A stretch of 30,185 nt of DNA from assembly GCA_031409335.1 (NCBI GenBank), contig JANNWY010000254.1, forward strand, positions 1-30,185, given 5' to 3'. Below the pieces are notes generated by a model that worked only from the letters and a program-made list of their open reading frames with translations, was not told the DNA's origin and did no database searches. The translations under genes and the position numbers were made by a program. Shown here in pieces: positions 15,459 to 25,129 of this stretch. Source of the stretch: Chthoniobacteraceae bacterium. Its GTDB lineage: Bacteria; Verrucomicrobiota; Verrucomicrobiia; Chthoniobacterales; Chthoniobacteraceae. The stretch's first letter is position 1. The number at the start of each line of letters is the position of its first letter.

Positions 15459-16937
15459 ATGAACACGCCGGAATATCCCACCGTTTCACAGCGGAAAACG
15501 ATTTGGACTGCGCTCACCGCGCTCAGTACGGTGTGCATCGGCGCGATCGCCGTCGGGCTGATCTGGCTGACTTCCATGGTGCTCGGTTTTCTCCAGCCGC
15601 TGCTCATCCCGTTCGCGGTCGCCGGCGTCATCGCGTATCTGCTCGATCCGATCGTATCGCGGATCGTGTCGTGGGGAACATCGCGGCATCGCGCGGTGCT
15701 CGGCGTGTTCGCGGTCGTCACGCTCGGGCTCATCGGCGTGCTCGTGTGGATCATCCCGGCGCTGTGGACACAGGTCGGAAATGTCGGCGAGAAAGTGCCC
15801 GCTTACCGGACGCGGATCGTGAAGAACGTGAACCAATTCAACGAATGGGCGCACGGCCTCGACACGAAGTACGGCGTCCGGATTTTCCCGCAGATCCCAC
15901 AAAAGATCGAACTTCCGCTCGAGGCGAACTCCGCGGCGGCGAAGGCGGCGAAGGACAAGGACGAGCAGGAAAAAGCTCCCGCGAATCCCGCCGCGTTGAA
16001 GGAAATCGCCCCGGATACCGCGCCGACTCCGACTCCAGTCATCGGCGATCCGCCCACGTCACCGAATTCATCGGCGGATGCGGCCAATTCAAAACCGGAA
16101 TCCGCGGAAACGATTTTTGATCTTCAAAAAATGTTTTCCCCCGACTGGGCGCGCACCGCGACGGTCGCGATCGTCCGCAACACGTGGAATTTCCTGCGTT
16201 CAAGCGTCGGCGGCTTTCTCGGCGTGTTCGGCTTCCTGCTCTCGATGGTGATCGTGCCGATCTATCTCTACTACTTTCTCATCGAATCGAAGACGATCTC
16301 CGAGTCGTGGGGCGACTACGTGCCGCTGCGCGCGTCCGCTTTGAAAGACGAAGTGGTGAGCACGTTGAAAGAGATCAACGGCTACCTCATCGCGTTCTTC
16401 CGCGGGCAGCTCCTCGTCAGCCTCATCAATGGCACGGCGACCGGCCTCGGGCTGATTTTTGTCGGGCTCGATTTCGGTCTGCTCATCGGCCTCACACTTT
16501 GCGTCATGGGGCTCATCCCGTATCTCGGCATCGCCCTGTGCTGGATCCCCGCCGTGCTCATCGCGTCGATCCAAGGCGGGAGCTGGCTCGTGCCAGGAAG
16601 CGCGGCGTGGTGGGTTTTCCCAGTCGTCGTCACGGGGATCTTCGCGACGGTACAGCAGGTCGATGGACTTTTCATCACGCCGAAGATCGTCGGTGAAAGC
16701 GTCGGGCTGCATCCGATGACGGTCATCGTGTCCGTGTTCGGCTGGAGCCTGCTGATGGGCGGTCTGCTCGGCGCGATCCTCGCCGTGCCGATGACGGCGA
16801 CGGTGAAAGTGCTGCTGCGCCGCTACGTCTGGGAGCGGCGCTTCATGGCGGATACGACCGCAGTGACCGAGGAGCAATTTTCCGAAATGCAGGCGCGCAG
16901 CCCCGACGCCGAGCTGCAAGCCGCCACCCGCGAATGA
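15459..16937 (+). CDS. AI-2E family transporter (PerM-like) with a low-complexity insert
   Basis: IAYLLDP, FFRGQL, IPYLG, PKIVGESVGLHP and GLLGAILAVP. Confidence 0.9.
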   Translation: MNTPEYPTVSQRKTIWTALTALSTVCIGAIAVGLIWLTSMVLGFLQPLLIPFAVAGVIAYLLDPIVSRIVSWGTSRHRAVLGVFAVVTLGLIGVLVWIIPALWTQVGNVGEKVPAYRTRIVKNVNQFNEWAHGLDTKYGVRIFPQIPQKIELPLEANSAAAKAAKDKDEQEKAPANPAALKEIAPDTAPTPTPVIGDPPTSPNSSADAANSKPESAETIFDLQKMFSPDWARTATVAIVRNTWNFLRSSVGGFLGVFGFLLSMVIVPIYLYYFLIESKTISESWGDYVPLRASALKDEVVSTLKEINGYLIAFFRGQLLVSLINGTATGLGLIFVGLDFGLLIGLTLCVMGLIPYLGIALCWIPAVLIASIQGGSWLVPGSAAWWVFPVVVTGIFATVQQVDGLFITPKIVGESVGLHPMTVIVSVFGWSLLMGGLLGAILAVPMTATVKVLLRRYVWERRFMADTTAVTEEQFSEMQARSPDAELQAATRE

Positions 16938-17314
16938 ACCCGCCGCTGCCGCCGCCGCGGGTCGTCATCAAGACGAACTCAGCGCGCGACATGGCGATCA
17001 CGATCGTCGCCGTCGTGCTGCTCGTCGCGGCGCTCGTGTTCGGCGTCATGCAGCTCCGCGACAAGCCGGAGGGCAATTCGCTGAAAGGCAAGATCGTCGA
17101 GAAAGTGTTCACGCCGATGAAGGAGGAGATCGTGGAATTCAGCGGACGGCGGCTGAAAGCGACGCGGGAATCGGAGGGCGAGTTCGTGCTGAAAGTGCGC
17201 GTGGACTCGGAAGGCGGACGCGTTTTTGAAGTGCCGGTGACCAAGGCGATCTACGTCTCGAAGGACAAGGGCGACTCGCTCACCTTCATCCGCCCAAAGA
17301 GCGAGCAGAAGTGA
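16934..17314 (+). CDS. Hypothetical single-TM protein
   Basis: N-terminal TM helix, beta-rich C-terminus; ATGA overlap with the AI-2E stop. Confidence 0.75.
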   Translation: MNPPLPPPRVVIKTNSARDMAITIVAVVLLVAALVFGVMQLRDKPEGNSLKGKIVEKVFTPMKEEIVEFSGRRLKATRESEGEFVLKVRVDSEGGRVFEVPVTKAIYVSKDKGDSLTFIRPKSEQK

Positions 17315-17329
17315 ACGGCAAAGACGGAA

Positions 17330-17364
17330 ACCGCGGACGACGCGGAAGACACGGAGAACGCGGA
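17330..17364 (+). repeat. Half-element of the 9-bp-period (AC)GCGGAGG-type repeat
   Basis: acc gcggacgac gcggaagac acggagaac gcgga; similar to the arms at 20559-20723. Confidence 0.6.
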
Positions 17365-17366
17365 TA

Positions 17367-17394
17367 TTGACTGCGCGCGAGGGCGAAATACGCT
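17367..17394 (+). promoter_or_regulatory. Putative sigma70 promoter for pntAB
   Basis: TTGACT-16 bp-TACGCT about 100 bp upstream of the pntA GTG. Confidence 0.45.
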
Positions 17395-17496
17395 CGCGTG
17401 GATGTTACTTGGTTACGCTACTTCCGTTCCGATTTCGACCACGTTGGAGATGAGGTTTTCGTTTGGCCCGGCGACGGGCGGTGAACTCCGCCGCCA

Positions 17497-19032
17497 GTGA
17501 AGGTCGGAATTGCCAGGGAAATACGGCCTGGGGAACGCCGCGTCGCGGCCACTCCGGACACGGCGCGTCGTTTGGTGAAACTCGGCTTCGAGGTACGCAT
17601 CGAGGCGGATGCCGGGGGCGGCGCTTCGTTTCCCGACGCGGATTACCAGGCGGCTGGCGCGATCGTCGTGGACAAGGTGGAGCTGTGGACCGGGAGCGGG
17701 ATCGTGCTGAAGGTGCAGCCGCCGGAAATGGATGTAGCCGTGCAGAAACACGAGGCGGACTTGCTGAAGGAAGGGGCGGTCCTGGTCGCGTTCATCTGGC
17801 CGGCGAAGAATCAGGAACTGGTGGCGCGTTTGCGCGCGCGGAAGATCTCCGTGTTTGCGATGGATCAGATCCCGCGGCTCTCGCGGGCGCAGAAGATGGA
17901 CGCGCTGAGTTCGATGTCGAATATCGCGGGCTATCGCGCGGTGATCGAGGCGGCCAGTTTTTACGGGCGTTTTTTCACCGGCCAGATCACGGCGGCTGGC
18001 CGGGTTCCGCCGGCGAAGGTGCTCGTGATCGGCGCGGGCGTGGCGGGGCTTTCGGCGATTGGCGCGGCGCGCAGCCTGGGTGCGATCGTGCGCGCGTTCG
18101 ATACGCGGGCGGAAGTGCGCGAACAGGTCCACAGCATGGGCGCCGAGTTTTTGACGGTGGAAGTGGAGGAGGAAGGCGGTGGCGGCGGCGGTTATGGGAA
18201 GCAGATGAGCGCGGCGTTCATTGCCGCCGAGATGGCGCTATTCGCGCAGCAATGCCTGGAAGTGGACATCGTCATCACCACCGCGTTGATTCCCGATCAA
18301 CCGGCGCCGCAACTGATCACGGTGCAGATGGTCAACGCCATGCGGCCCGGTTCGGTAATCGTGGATTTGGCGGCGGAAGCCGGCGGCAATTGCGCCGTGA
18401 CCAAGCCGGGCGAGGTCGTGGTGCATCGCGGCGTGACGGTGATTGGTTTTGTCGATTTGCCCAGCCGCCTCGCGCCGACGGCCAGCCAGCTTTACGGCAC
18501 GAATTTGTTGCACCTCCTGGCGGAAATGGGCGGCGGGAGCAGCTTTCGCATCGACCTGGAAAATCCGATCGTGCGCGGTGCGATCGTGGCGCACGACGGC
18601 GCGCTGCTGTGGCCGCCGCCGCGCCTCGCGCGCCCAGCGAAACCAGCGGCCACTCCGCCTCGACCAGCGGCGGTCGCGGCGGTCCCGAAAAGAAAATCGG
18701 GCATCGGAGTCATGATCAGTGCGTTGCTGATCCTCGCCATCATCGGCGCGGTCGCGCCGAGGGAATTGGTTTCGCATCTCACCGTGTTCGTGCTCGCGTG
18801 CTTCGTCGGTTGGCAGGTCGTGTGGAATGTGACGCCGGCCCTGCACACGCCGCTGATGAGTGTGACCAACGCGATCAGCGGAATCATTCTGGTAGGCGGC
18901 ATGTTGCAAATTTCGGGACCGCTTTCCTCGCCGGTCACCATCTTGTCGGCGGTGGCGGTGTTGCTGGCCACGATCAATATCACCGGCGGGTTCATGGTCA
19001 CCCAGCGCATGCTGCGCATGTTTTACAAATGA
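17497..19032 (+). CDS. pntA: Membrane-bound NAD(P) transhydrogenase subunit alpha
   Basis: [26 protein letters not shown] and [18 protein letters not shown]; dI and dII in one chain. Confidence 0.96.
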   Translation: MKVGIAREIRPGERRVAATPDTARRLVKLGFEVRIEADAGGGASFPDADYQAAGAIVVDKVELWTGSGIVLKVQPPEMDVAVQKHEADLLKEGAVLVAFIWPAKNQELVARLRARKISVFAMDQIPRLSRAQKMDALSSMSNIAGYRAVIEAASFYGRFFTGQITAAGRVPPAKVLVIGAGVAGLSAIGAARSLGAIVRAFDTRAEVREQVHSMGAEFLTVEVEEEGGGGGGYGKQMSAAFIAAEMALFAQQCLEVDIVITTALIPDQPAPQLITVQMVNAMRPGSVIVDLAAEAGGNCAVTKPGEVVVHRGVTVIGFVDLPSRLAPTASQLYGTNLLHLLAEMGGGSSFRIDLENPIVRGAIVAHDGALLWPPPRLARPAKPAATPPRPAAVAAVPKRKSGIGVMISALLILAIIGAVAPRELVSHLTVFVLACFVGWQVVWNVTPALHTPLMSVTNAISGIILVGGMLQISGPLSSPVTILSAVAVLLATINITGGFMVTQRMLRMFYK

Positions 19033-19039
19033 GGCGCTG

Positions 19040-20461
19040 ATGTCCCCGGGTCTCGTCTCTGCTTTCTACCTCGCCGCCGGGGTGCTGTTTATTCTGAGCC
19101 TCGGCGGCCTGAGTGCGCAGACCTCGGCGCGGCGCGGCAATGCCTGCGGTTTCGCCGGCATGCTGATCGCCCTTGGCATCACGACCATCGGCGCGGTCGA
19201 GTCCTACGGATTGCTGATCATCGCTGTCGGCGCGGGCGGTTCGATCGGCGCGGTGCTGGCGAAGCGCGTGCAGATGACCGCGATGCCGGAGCTGGTCGCG
19301 ATGTTGCATAGTTTCGTCGGGGCGGCGGCGGTGCTGGTCGCGATTGCGAGTTATCTCGACGGGAAAACTTTCCCAACTCGTGCCGAAGCGATCATCCACG
19401 AGATCGAGGTTTTCCTCGGCGTGTTCGTGGGTGCGATCACCTTCGCCGGTTCCATCGTGGCATTCGGGAAATTGCGCGGGCTGTTGTCGGGCAAGCCGCT
19501 GCTCCTTCCAGGGCGGCATTGGCTGAATCTCGCGCTGCTCACAGCGTGCGTGGTGATGGGCGGAAAATTCATCGGTAGCGGCAGCGGTGCCGGCCTCGGG
19601 CCGCTGCTCGCGATGACGGCGATCGCCGGCGTACTTGGCGTGCATCTGGTCGTGGCGATCGGCGGCGCGGACATGCCGGTGGTGGTCTCGATGCTGAACA
19701 GTTACTCGGGATGGGCGGCCGCCGCCGCGGGCTTCATGCTTGATAACGACCTGCTGATCATCACCGGCGCGCTGGTCGGATCCAGTGGCGCGATTCTCAG
19801 CTACATCATGTGCAGTGCGATGAACCGCTCGTTCCTGAGTGTCATCCTCGGCGGCTTCGGCGCGGAGGAAGGAGCCGCTCCAGCGAAACGCGCGACCGGT
19901 GAACCGGAGGCGGAAGTCACGCCGATTTCCCCGGGCGACACCGCCAGCTTGCTCGAAGACGCGGGGAGCGTGGTCATCATTCCCGGCTACGGCATGGCGG
20001 TGGCCCAGGCGCAGCATCCGCTCTACGAAATCGCCCGGCTTCTCAAGAGCCGCGGGGTGAAAGTGCGCTTTGCCATTCATCCCGTCGCCGGCCGCCTGCC
20101 GGGCCACATGAACGTGCTCCTCGCGGAAGCCAAAGTCCCCTACGACATCGTGCTCGAAATGGAGGAGATCAACGACGACTTCCCGACCACGGACGTGGCG
20201 CTCGTGATCGGTGCCAACGACATCGTCAATCCCGGCGCGCTCGATGACACGTCCAGTCCGATCTACGGCATGCCCGTCCTGGAAGTGTGGAAAGCGGCCA
20301 CCGCCATCGTGATGAAGCGGAGCATGGCGAGCGGTTACGCCGGCGTGGAGAACCCGCTCTTTTTCAAAGAGAACACGCGGATGCTCTTTGGTGACGCCAG
20401 GAAGAATGTCGATGCCATCCTGGCGGAACTGCGCGCGAACCCCGCGCCGACCGCGGCGTGA
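19040..20461 (+). CDS. pntB: NAD(P) transhydrogenase subunit beta
   Basis: [61 protein letters not shown] and GANDIVNP. Confidence 0.97.
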   Translation: MSPGLVSAFYLAAGVLFILSLGGLSAQTSARRGNACGFAGMLIALGITTIGAVESYGLLIIAVGAGGSIGAVLAKRVQMTAMPELVAMLHSFVGAAAVLVAIASYLDGKTFPTRAEAIIHEIEVFLGVFVGAITFAGSIVAFGKLRGLLSGKPLLLPGRHWLNLALLTACVVMGGKFIGSGSGAGLGPLLAMTAIAGVLGVHLVVAIGGADMPVVVSMLNSYSGWAAAAAGFMLDNDLLIITGALVGSSGAILSYIMCSAMNRSFLSVILGGFGAEEGAAPAKRATGEPEAEVTPISPGDTASLLEDAGSVVIIPGYGMAVAQAQHPLYEIARLLKSRGVKVRFAIHPVAGRLPGHMNVLLAEAKVPYDIVLEMEEINDDFPTTDVALVIGANDIVNPGALDDTSSPIYGMPVLEVWKAATAIVMKRSMASGYAGVENPLFFKENTRMLFGDARKNVDAILAELRANPAPTAA

Positions 20462-20558
20462 ATTTTCCCATCACCGCGACTCATGGGACCGCGAAAGCGG
20501 ATGAAGTTCCTGTGCGAATGGAGTGATGCTGGCTGGCCTAAAATCGGCGATTGGAGTT

Positions 20559-20723
20559 ACCGCGGAAAATGCGGAGGACGCGAAAGACGCGGAGGAGAAG
20601 TGGTGTGGATGCCAGACCCGGAACAAACCACCACTCTCCCAACGGGTGAGGCGATCGACCACGCCACCAGCCATCGAACTTCCTCCTCATCCGCGTTTTC
20701 CGCGTCCTCCGCTTCCTTCGCGG
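20559..20723. repeat. Inverted repeat with 9-bp-period GCGGAGGAC-type arms between convergent genes
   Basis: Left arm 20559-20600 accgcggaaaatgcggaggacgcgaaagacgcggaggagaag; right arm 20679-20723 cttcctcctcatccgcgttttccgcgtcctccgcttccttcgcgg. Confidence 0.8.
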
Positions 20724-20747
20724 AAATCTCCATGGCGGTTTTTTGGT

Positions 20748-21521
20748 TTAGCGAATCGTCAGCGTCCCGCCATCGACGGGATACGCGGCGCCGGTGATGA
20801 AGCTGGCTTCGTCGCTGCATAGGAAAAGCGCGACGCTCGCGACTTCCTCGGGCGTGCCCATGCGGCCGATGGGTTGGGTTTTCGAGAGCTTCTCGAACAT
20901 CTCCGCTTCGCGCCCCGGATAATTTTTCGCGATGAAGCCATCGACGAATGGCGTGTGAATGCGGCCGGGCATGATCGCGTTGCAGCGAACGCCGGCGTCG
21001 AGGAAATCCTTCGCGACGGAGTAGGTCATCGCGAGCACGGCGCCTTTGCTGGTGGCGTAGGCAAAGCGATCGTGGATCGCCATCTGTCCGACGACGGAGG
21101 CGAGGTTGAGAATGACGCCGCCGCCCATCGTCGTCATGTGTCGCAAGGCCGCCTGCGTGCAGTGGGCGACGCCGTTGACGTTCACACGCTGGATGCGCGC
21201 GAAGTCTTCGGGCGTGGTGGTCAGGGCGTTACCGACGTGGGCGATGCCGGCGTTGTTCACGAGGATGTGGAACCGCTCGCGGCGCGTCAGGATTCGCGCG
21301 AATGCGGCATCCACGGCGGCGGGGTCGCTGACATCGCAAATCTCGCCGTTGGCGTCGCGCAAATCCGTCAGGGCTGTGTCGAGCGCCGCTTGACTGAGAT
21401 CGAGGATTTCGATGGCAGCGCCGTGCGCGGCGAAGCGTTTGGCGATGGCGAGTCCGATGCCGGATGCGCCGCCGGTGATCACCGCGGTTTTTCCTGAAAG
21501 ATCGAAGGCGGATGGATTCAT
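20748..21521 (-). CDS. Short-chain dehydrogenase/reductase (2-keto-3-deoxy-L-fuconate dehydrogenase-like)
   Basis: TGGASGIG, NNAG, catalytic YATSK, PGRIHTPFV and QPIGRMG. Confidence 0.9.
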   Translation of the reverse strand: MNPSAFDLSGKTAVITGGASGIGLAIAKRFAAHGAAIEILDLSQAALDTALTDLRDANGEICDVSDPAAVDAAFARILTRRERFHILVNNAGIAHVGNALTTTPEDFARIQRVNVNGVAHCTQAALRHMTTMGGGVILNLASVVGQMAIHDRFAYATSKGAVLAMTYSVAKDFLDAGVRCNAIMPGRIHTPFVDGFIAKNYPGREAEMFEKLSKTQPIGRMGTPEEVASVALFLCSDEASFITGAAYPVDGGTLTIR

Positions 21522-21545
21522 GCGGTGTGGAAAGTGTGCGCGGTT

Positions 21546-22049
21546 TTACAATCCCGCGGGATGGCGGAGCACGGCACCACTCGACGGGCGGCTTCGCGTG
21601 GTCCACTGCGGCCCGCGCGGACCGTCGGCCCAGCCGGTGTCGAAGCGCAATCCGGCGACGGTGAGGAAAACGTGATCGCGTCGCGCGTAGATGCTGATCC
21701 ATTTGCCGGGGCCGGATTCGCCGTAGCGGCGAAATGCCTTCGATGGCATCGCGCTGCCGAGCCGGCCCGCGGCTTGGAGCAAATACGATGCGGCGCCGGA
21801 GCAGTCGTAGCCGGAATCGATTGAATGCCGGTGTCCGCCGCCCCACGCGTAGGGCATTCCGGCGATGCGATTGCCCGCGGCGACTGCGGCCTGCACTGCC
21901 TCGGGCGCTCCCGGCGGTGCGATCGCGAAGCCATCGCGAAGCACCGCGGTTTTTCCCGGCACGTGCCGATAGACATACGGCGGCGCGCCCGCGCATCCGG
22001 CGAGCAGCAGTGCGGCGGCTGGGAGGAGGATTAAAAGCGGGCGGTTCAT
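21546..22049 (-). CDS. NlpC/P60-family peptidoglycan endopeptidase lipoprotein
   Basis: Lipobox LLAGC; PYAWGGGH, GYDCSG (catalytic Cys) and DHVF (His). Confidence 0.85.
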   Translation of the reverse strand: MNRPLLILLPAAALLLAGCAGAPPYVYRHVPGKTAVLRDGFAIAPPGAPEAVQAAVAAGNRIAGMPYAWGGGHRHSIDSGYDCSGAASYLLQAAGRLGSAMPSKAFRRYGESGPGKWISIYARRDHVFLTVAGLRFDTGWADGPRGPQWTTRSRPSSGAVLRHPAGL

Positions 22050-23218
22050 TTGAAAATCACGCGCGCGAGTTTTTGGCGTTCATCCTGCGCGAGCGCGGCC
22101 TCGGTCGAAAGTTTTGTCGCGAGCGCGGTGGCATCTTTTTGCGTACGTGGCGGCTCCTTGTGAAATGTGCGCGCGGCTTCGCCGTAGGCGACGAGATGCG
22201 CCACGAGTCCACGCGCTTTTGGGTCCACGCGATCCGCGTACTTCGCCAGCGCGGCAAGATTGGCTTCGATTCGTTCGAGCGGAAGATTGCGGACTTGACT
22301 GGCACTGCCGGAGTTCACCCCGGCGAACAGCGTGGCAGCGGCGAGGTCGATCACCTGCGCCGATCCCGCTGGGCTCAGGGTTTTGTAGCGACCGATGGAA
22401 TTGCCGAGCAGCAGCCGCGCGGAGATGTGGTTCGGCCATTTTTCCAACACCGTGCGCAGCGATTCCTGGGTGTCCGTTTCCCTGAGTAAAACCGCCGCAT
22501 CTTTTCCCGCGGCGGCGAGTGCGACTTGCGTTTCCTTGAAGGCGGCGATCGCTTCCACCACCAGCGGGTCCATCTTCGCGCCCGCCATCATTGGGATTTC
22601 GTCGAAGTCTTTCACCGCAAACATCTGCACGCGCCCGAAGCCGTCGATGCCTTCATTCACCATCACGTCGGTGGCCGCCTCGCCGACGTTTTTTTCCGGC
22701 AGGAGAATGCGCGATGCGCCGCCGCGGATCGCGGTGAGCAGCCGCGACAACGCACTGCCGACGCTCACGATTTTTCCGTCGGCTTGAAGATGGCCGACCA
22801 CCGCGCAAGTGGCGTCGCATTCCCAATCTCCAAACATCGAATCGAGCACCGTCGCCGTCGCGAGCCCGGCGGCAGCGGTGTCATCCGGCGCGATCGGGAC
22901 GCTGAACGAAAGCTCGATGCGATGCCCCGCGGGCCAGCCGCGATGCTGCTCGACGAGATATTTTGAGACGGAATCGAGCACCGCTTTTCCCGCCGGGCCA
23001 AGCGGCGGGACGAACGCGACGATGCCAGGCGCGGCGGGCTTCGTCGGGATCGCTTTCGCGTGGAGCGTGACTTGCGACATCGCATTCACGCCGACAGCTT
23101 TCTGGATGAAAAGCGGGGTCGTGATCGCGGCCTTCGTGCGTTTGATCACGGGCGGCGCAGCGTGAACGGCTGCGGTGAAAAATCCGGCGCACGTGAGCGC
23201 GAGGAGCGGCGATTTCAT
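22046..23218 (-). CDS. Secreted Lon-protease (S16) C-terminal-like domain protein, apparently catalytically inactive
   Basis: Signal peptide; PDDTAAAGLA aligns to Lon PKDGPSAGIA; GKIVSVGSALSRLLTAIRGG..ILLPEKN aligns to GQVLPIGGLKEKLLAAHRGG..VLIPFEN. Confidence 0.75.
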   Translation of the reverse strand: MKSPLLALTCAGFFTAAVHAAPPVIKRTKAAITTPLFIQKAVGVNAMSQVTLHAKAIPTKPAAPGIVAFVPPLGPAGKAVLDSVSKYLVEQHRGWPAGHRIELSFSVPIAPDDTAAAGLATATVLDSMFGDWECDATCAVVGHLQADGKIVSVGSALSRLLTAIRGGASRILLPEKNVGEAATDVMVNEGIDGFGRVQMFAVKDFDEIPMMAGAKMDPLVVEAIAAFKETQVALAAAGKDAAVLLRETDTQESLRTVLEKWPNHISARLLLGNSIGRYKTLSPAGSAQVIDLAAATLFAGVNSGSASQVRNLPLERIEANLAALAKYADRVDPKARGLVAHLVAYGEAARTFHKEPPRTQKDATALATKLSTEAALAQDERQKLARVIFK

Positions 23219-25002
23219 GGTGAAGGGAGGGCTGCGGGACGCGTGTACACTTCAAATTCATCGACGTCCGTTTTGAAAGTCCCGCGAAACTGATAGTTCG
23301 CCTGAATCCATTTTTTCGTCGGCGCGGCCCACACGCTGAATCGCGAACCGTCGTGCCCATTCATCGCCCAGTCGCTCAATACGATGACGGCTGGCCGGAA
23401 TCTTTCGAACCGCTTGATCGCCTCTTCGTCCCACAGGCGCGTGCGCTCGGCGTTGTCGATATACACGTTCTTTTCGTAGGTCGGGCGGTTCGTCATCACG
23501 TTGATCGTCGGGTGATACGGGTAGGCGACGAGGTATTCGCCGGGTTTGGAATTCTCCGCCACGACTTTGCAGAGCGCCTGCAAAGAGCGCGCGGAATTTT
23601 CCGAAACGTAAACGTCCACGCCATTCGCGGCGGTGAAGCGCGTGTCGTGCTCCTCGCGCGCGGCGATCGTGCCAGTCCAGCGGTTCGGCATCGTGCAGGA
23701 GAGATAAAGCGCGGCGTGCGCGGCGAAAACGGCGAAAAAAATACGCCCCGGCAGTCCCGTGTTTTTCCACGAGCCGCCGAACGCGCCGAGCAGCAGCGCG
23801 GCACCGGTGACGCCGACCCAGTAGCCGGGCGAGAATTCGGAGAGATGCGGCGCGTCGGGCCGGAAAAAGAAGAACTGCGGAAACGCGGTGAGCGCGCCGC
23901 CGAGCAGGACGAGCGCGGCCAGCGGCCGACGCCATGCTTCCGGCTCGTCCGAAAACAAACCGCGCGCGAGCAGGACGAGCGTCCATGCAAGCATGCCGAC
24001 GATCGTCAGGATCGGCAGATAAGTGAGCGGGACCAGCGCGCGGGTGCTCCAGTCCTCCCCGTTCACGAAATCCTGCCACGCATTGCGTTTCAGAATGTCG
24101 CGATTCCAGAAGATCGGCGCGTCCGCCGTCCGCTCGGGGCGCGCCTGTTGCGCGGTGTATTTCCGCGTCGGCAGACCGACCTTTGCGCGCAGCCCGTTTT
24201 CGATCATGCGCGACCAGCCGCGATATTGCGCGGTGAATTGCGCGTCGAATCCGCGCGCCTGCGCATCGGCCAGGACCGGCAAATGGACGAGCCACGCGAG
24301 CCCGGCCGTGAGGGCGATCCCGGCGAGCACTGCGACGGATTTTTTCCAAAAATGGACGCCGCGATCGAGCAGCCGCAGCACATGGAGGCCGAGCCAGAGC
24401 GCGGAGAAAAAGATCCCGAGATCGATGCGGACGAGGAACGTGACGCCGACCAGCAGCCCGCCGGCGATCACATTTCCGTAACTGCGGAGCGAGCCCGGCG
24501 CGGCGAGGGCAGCGCGCAGGAGCAGGGCGCTGTTCGCGATGACGAGCAGCGGGATGTAGTTCTTGAAAATCATGCCCGGCACGAGCACGCAAAGGATCGC
24601 GACGGCGAGCGCGAACCACGGCTGGCGGCCCGCGCGGTTCACAGTGAAATACGCGAGGAGCGCAGCGATGGCCGATAGCGCGAAAAAGTACGCGCGCATC
24701 AGCACGAAATCGACGCCGAAGATTTTGAACAAACCGACGACGGGATAGAACCAGAGGACGTTGTAATTCAGCGTGACATCGACGAGCGGGCGCTCGCCAT
24801 TCAGCAGCCGCTGCGCACCGAGCGCGATCGTGCCGCCTTCGTCGCGGAAGCGCAGATCGTGGCTGAAATAGCTGCCGTAATAGAGCAGCGCGAAGCCGAG
24901 GATCAGCAGCGTGAAAAACAGCCGCGCCCGCCATTCGCTGCGCAGCCACTTCTGGAGGCGCGCGAATTTTTCCAGCAGAGCTTTGAGGAATTTTTCGTCC
25001 AC
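23215..25002 (-). CDS. Multi-TM GT-C superfamily glycosyltransferase-like protein
   Basis: First-loop RDEG, GERP..D...Y motif, many TM helices, C-terminal soluble domain (RPAVIVL); GTG start. Confidence 0.75.
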   Translation of the reverse strand: MDEKFLKALLEKFARLQKWLRSEWRARLFFTLLILGFALLYYGSYFSHDLRFRDEGGTIALGAQRLLNGERPLVDVTLNYNVLWFYPVVGLFKIFGVDFVLMRAYFFALSAIAALLAYFTVNRAGRQPWFALAVAILCVLVPGMIFKNYIPLLVIANSALLLRAALAAPGSLRSYGNVIAGGLLVGVTFLVRIDLGIFFSALWLGLHVLRLLDRGVHFWKKSVAVLAGIALTAGLAWLVHLPVLADAQARGFDAQFTAQYRGWSRMIENGLRAKVGLPTRKYTAQQARPERTADAPIFWNRDILKRNAWQDFVNGEDWSTRALVPLTYLPILTIVGMLAWTLVLLARGLFSDEPEAWRRPLAALVLLGGALTAFPQFFFFRPDAPHLSEFSPGYWVGVTGAALLLGAFGGSWKNTGLPGRIFFAVFAAHAALYLSCTMPNRWTGTIAAREEHDTRFTAANGVDVYVSENSARSLQALCKVVAENSKPGEYLVAYPYHPTINVMTNRPTYEKNVYIDNAERTRLWDEEAIKRFERFRPAVIVLSDWAMNGHDGSRFSVWAAPTKKWIQANYQFRGTFKTDVDEFEVYTRPAALPSP

Positions 25003-25010
25003 AATTTTTT

Positions 25011-25108
25011 AGCCGAAGGGCCTGGACTGCTGTGATTCTTTCACCGCTCTGGGATGCCGCGCCGCAGGGAAAGCTGTGAAGGATCACAGCAGTCCAGGGC
25101 CTTCGGCT
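25011..25108. repeat. Intergenic inverted repeat (REP-like doublet, GGACTGC...GCAGTCC type)
   Basis: agccgaagggcctggactgctgtgattctttcaccgct (25011-25048) pairs with agctgtgaaggatcacagcagtccagggccttcggct (25072-25108). Confidence 0.8.
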
Positions 25109-25129
25109 TCATGGGCGGGAATCGCACGT

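Noticed and set aside
20559..20723. CRISPR array or small ORFs (20483-20822) in the pntB-SDR gap
   Set aside because: Units are 9-bp tandem and inverted without unique spacers, there are no cas genes, and the ORFs are translations of the repeat.
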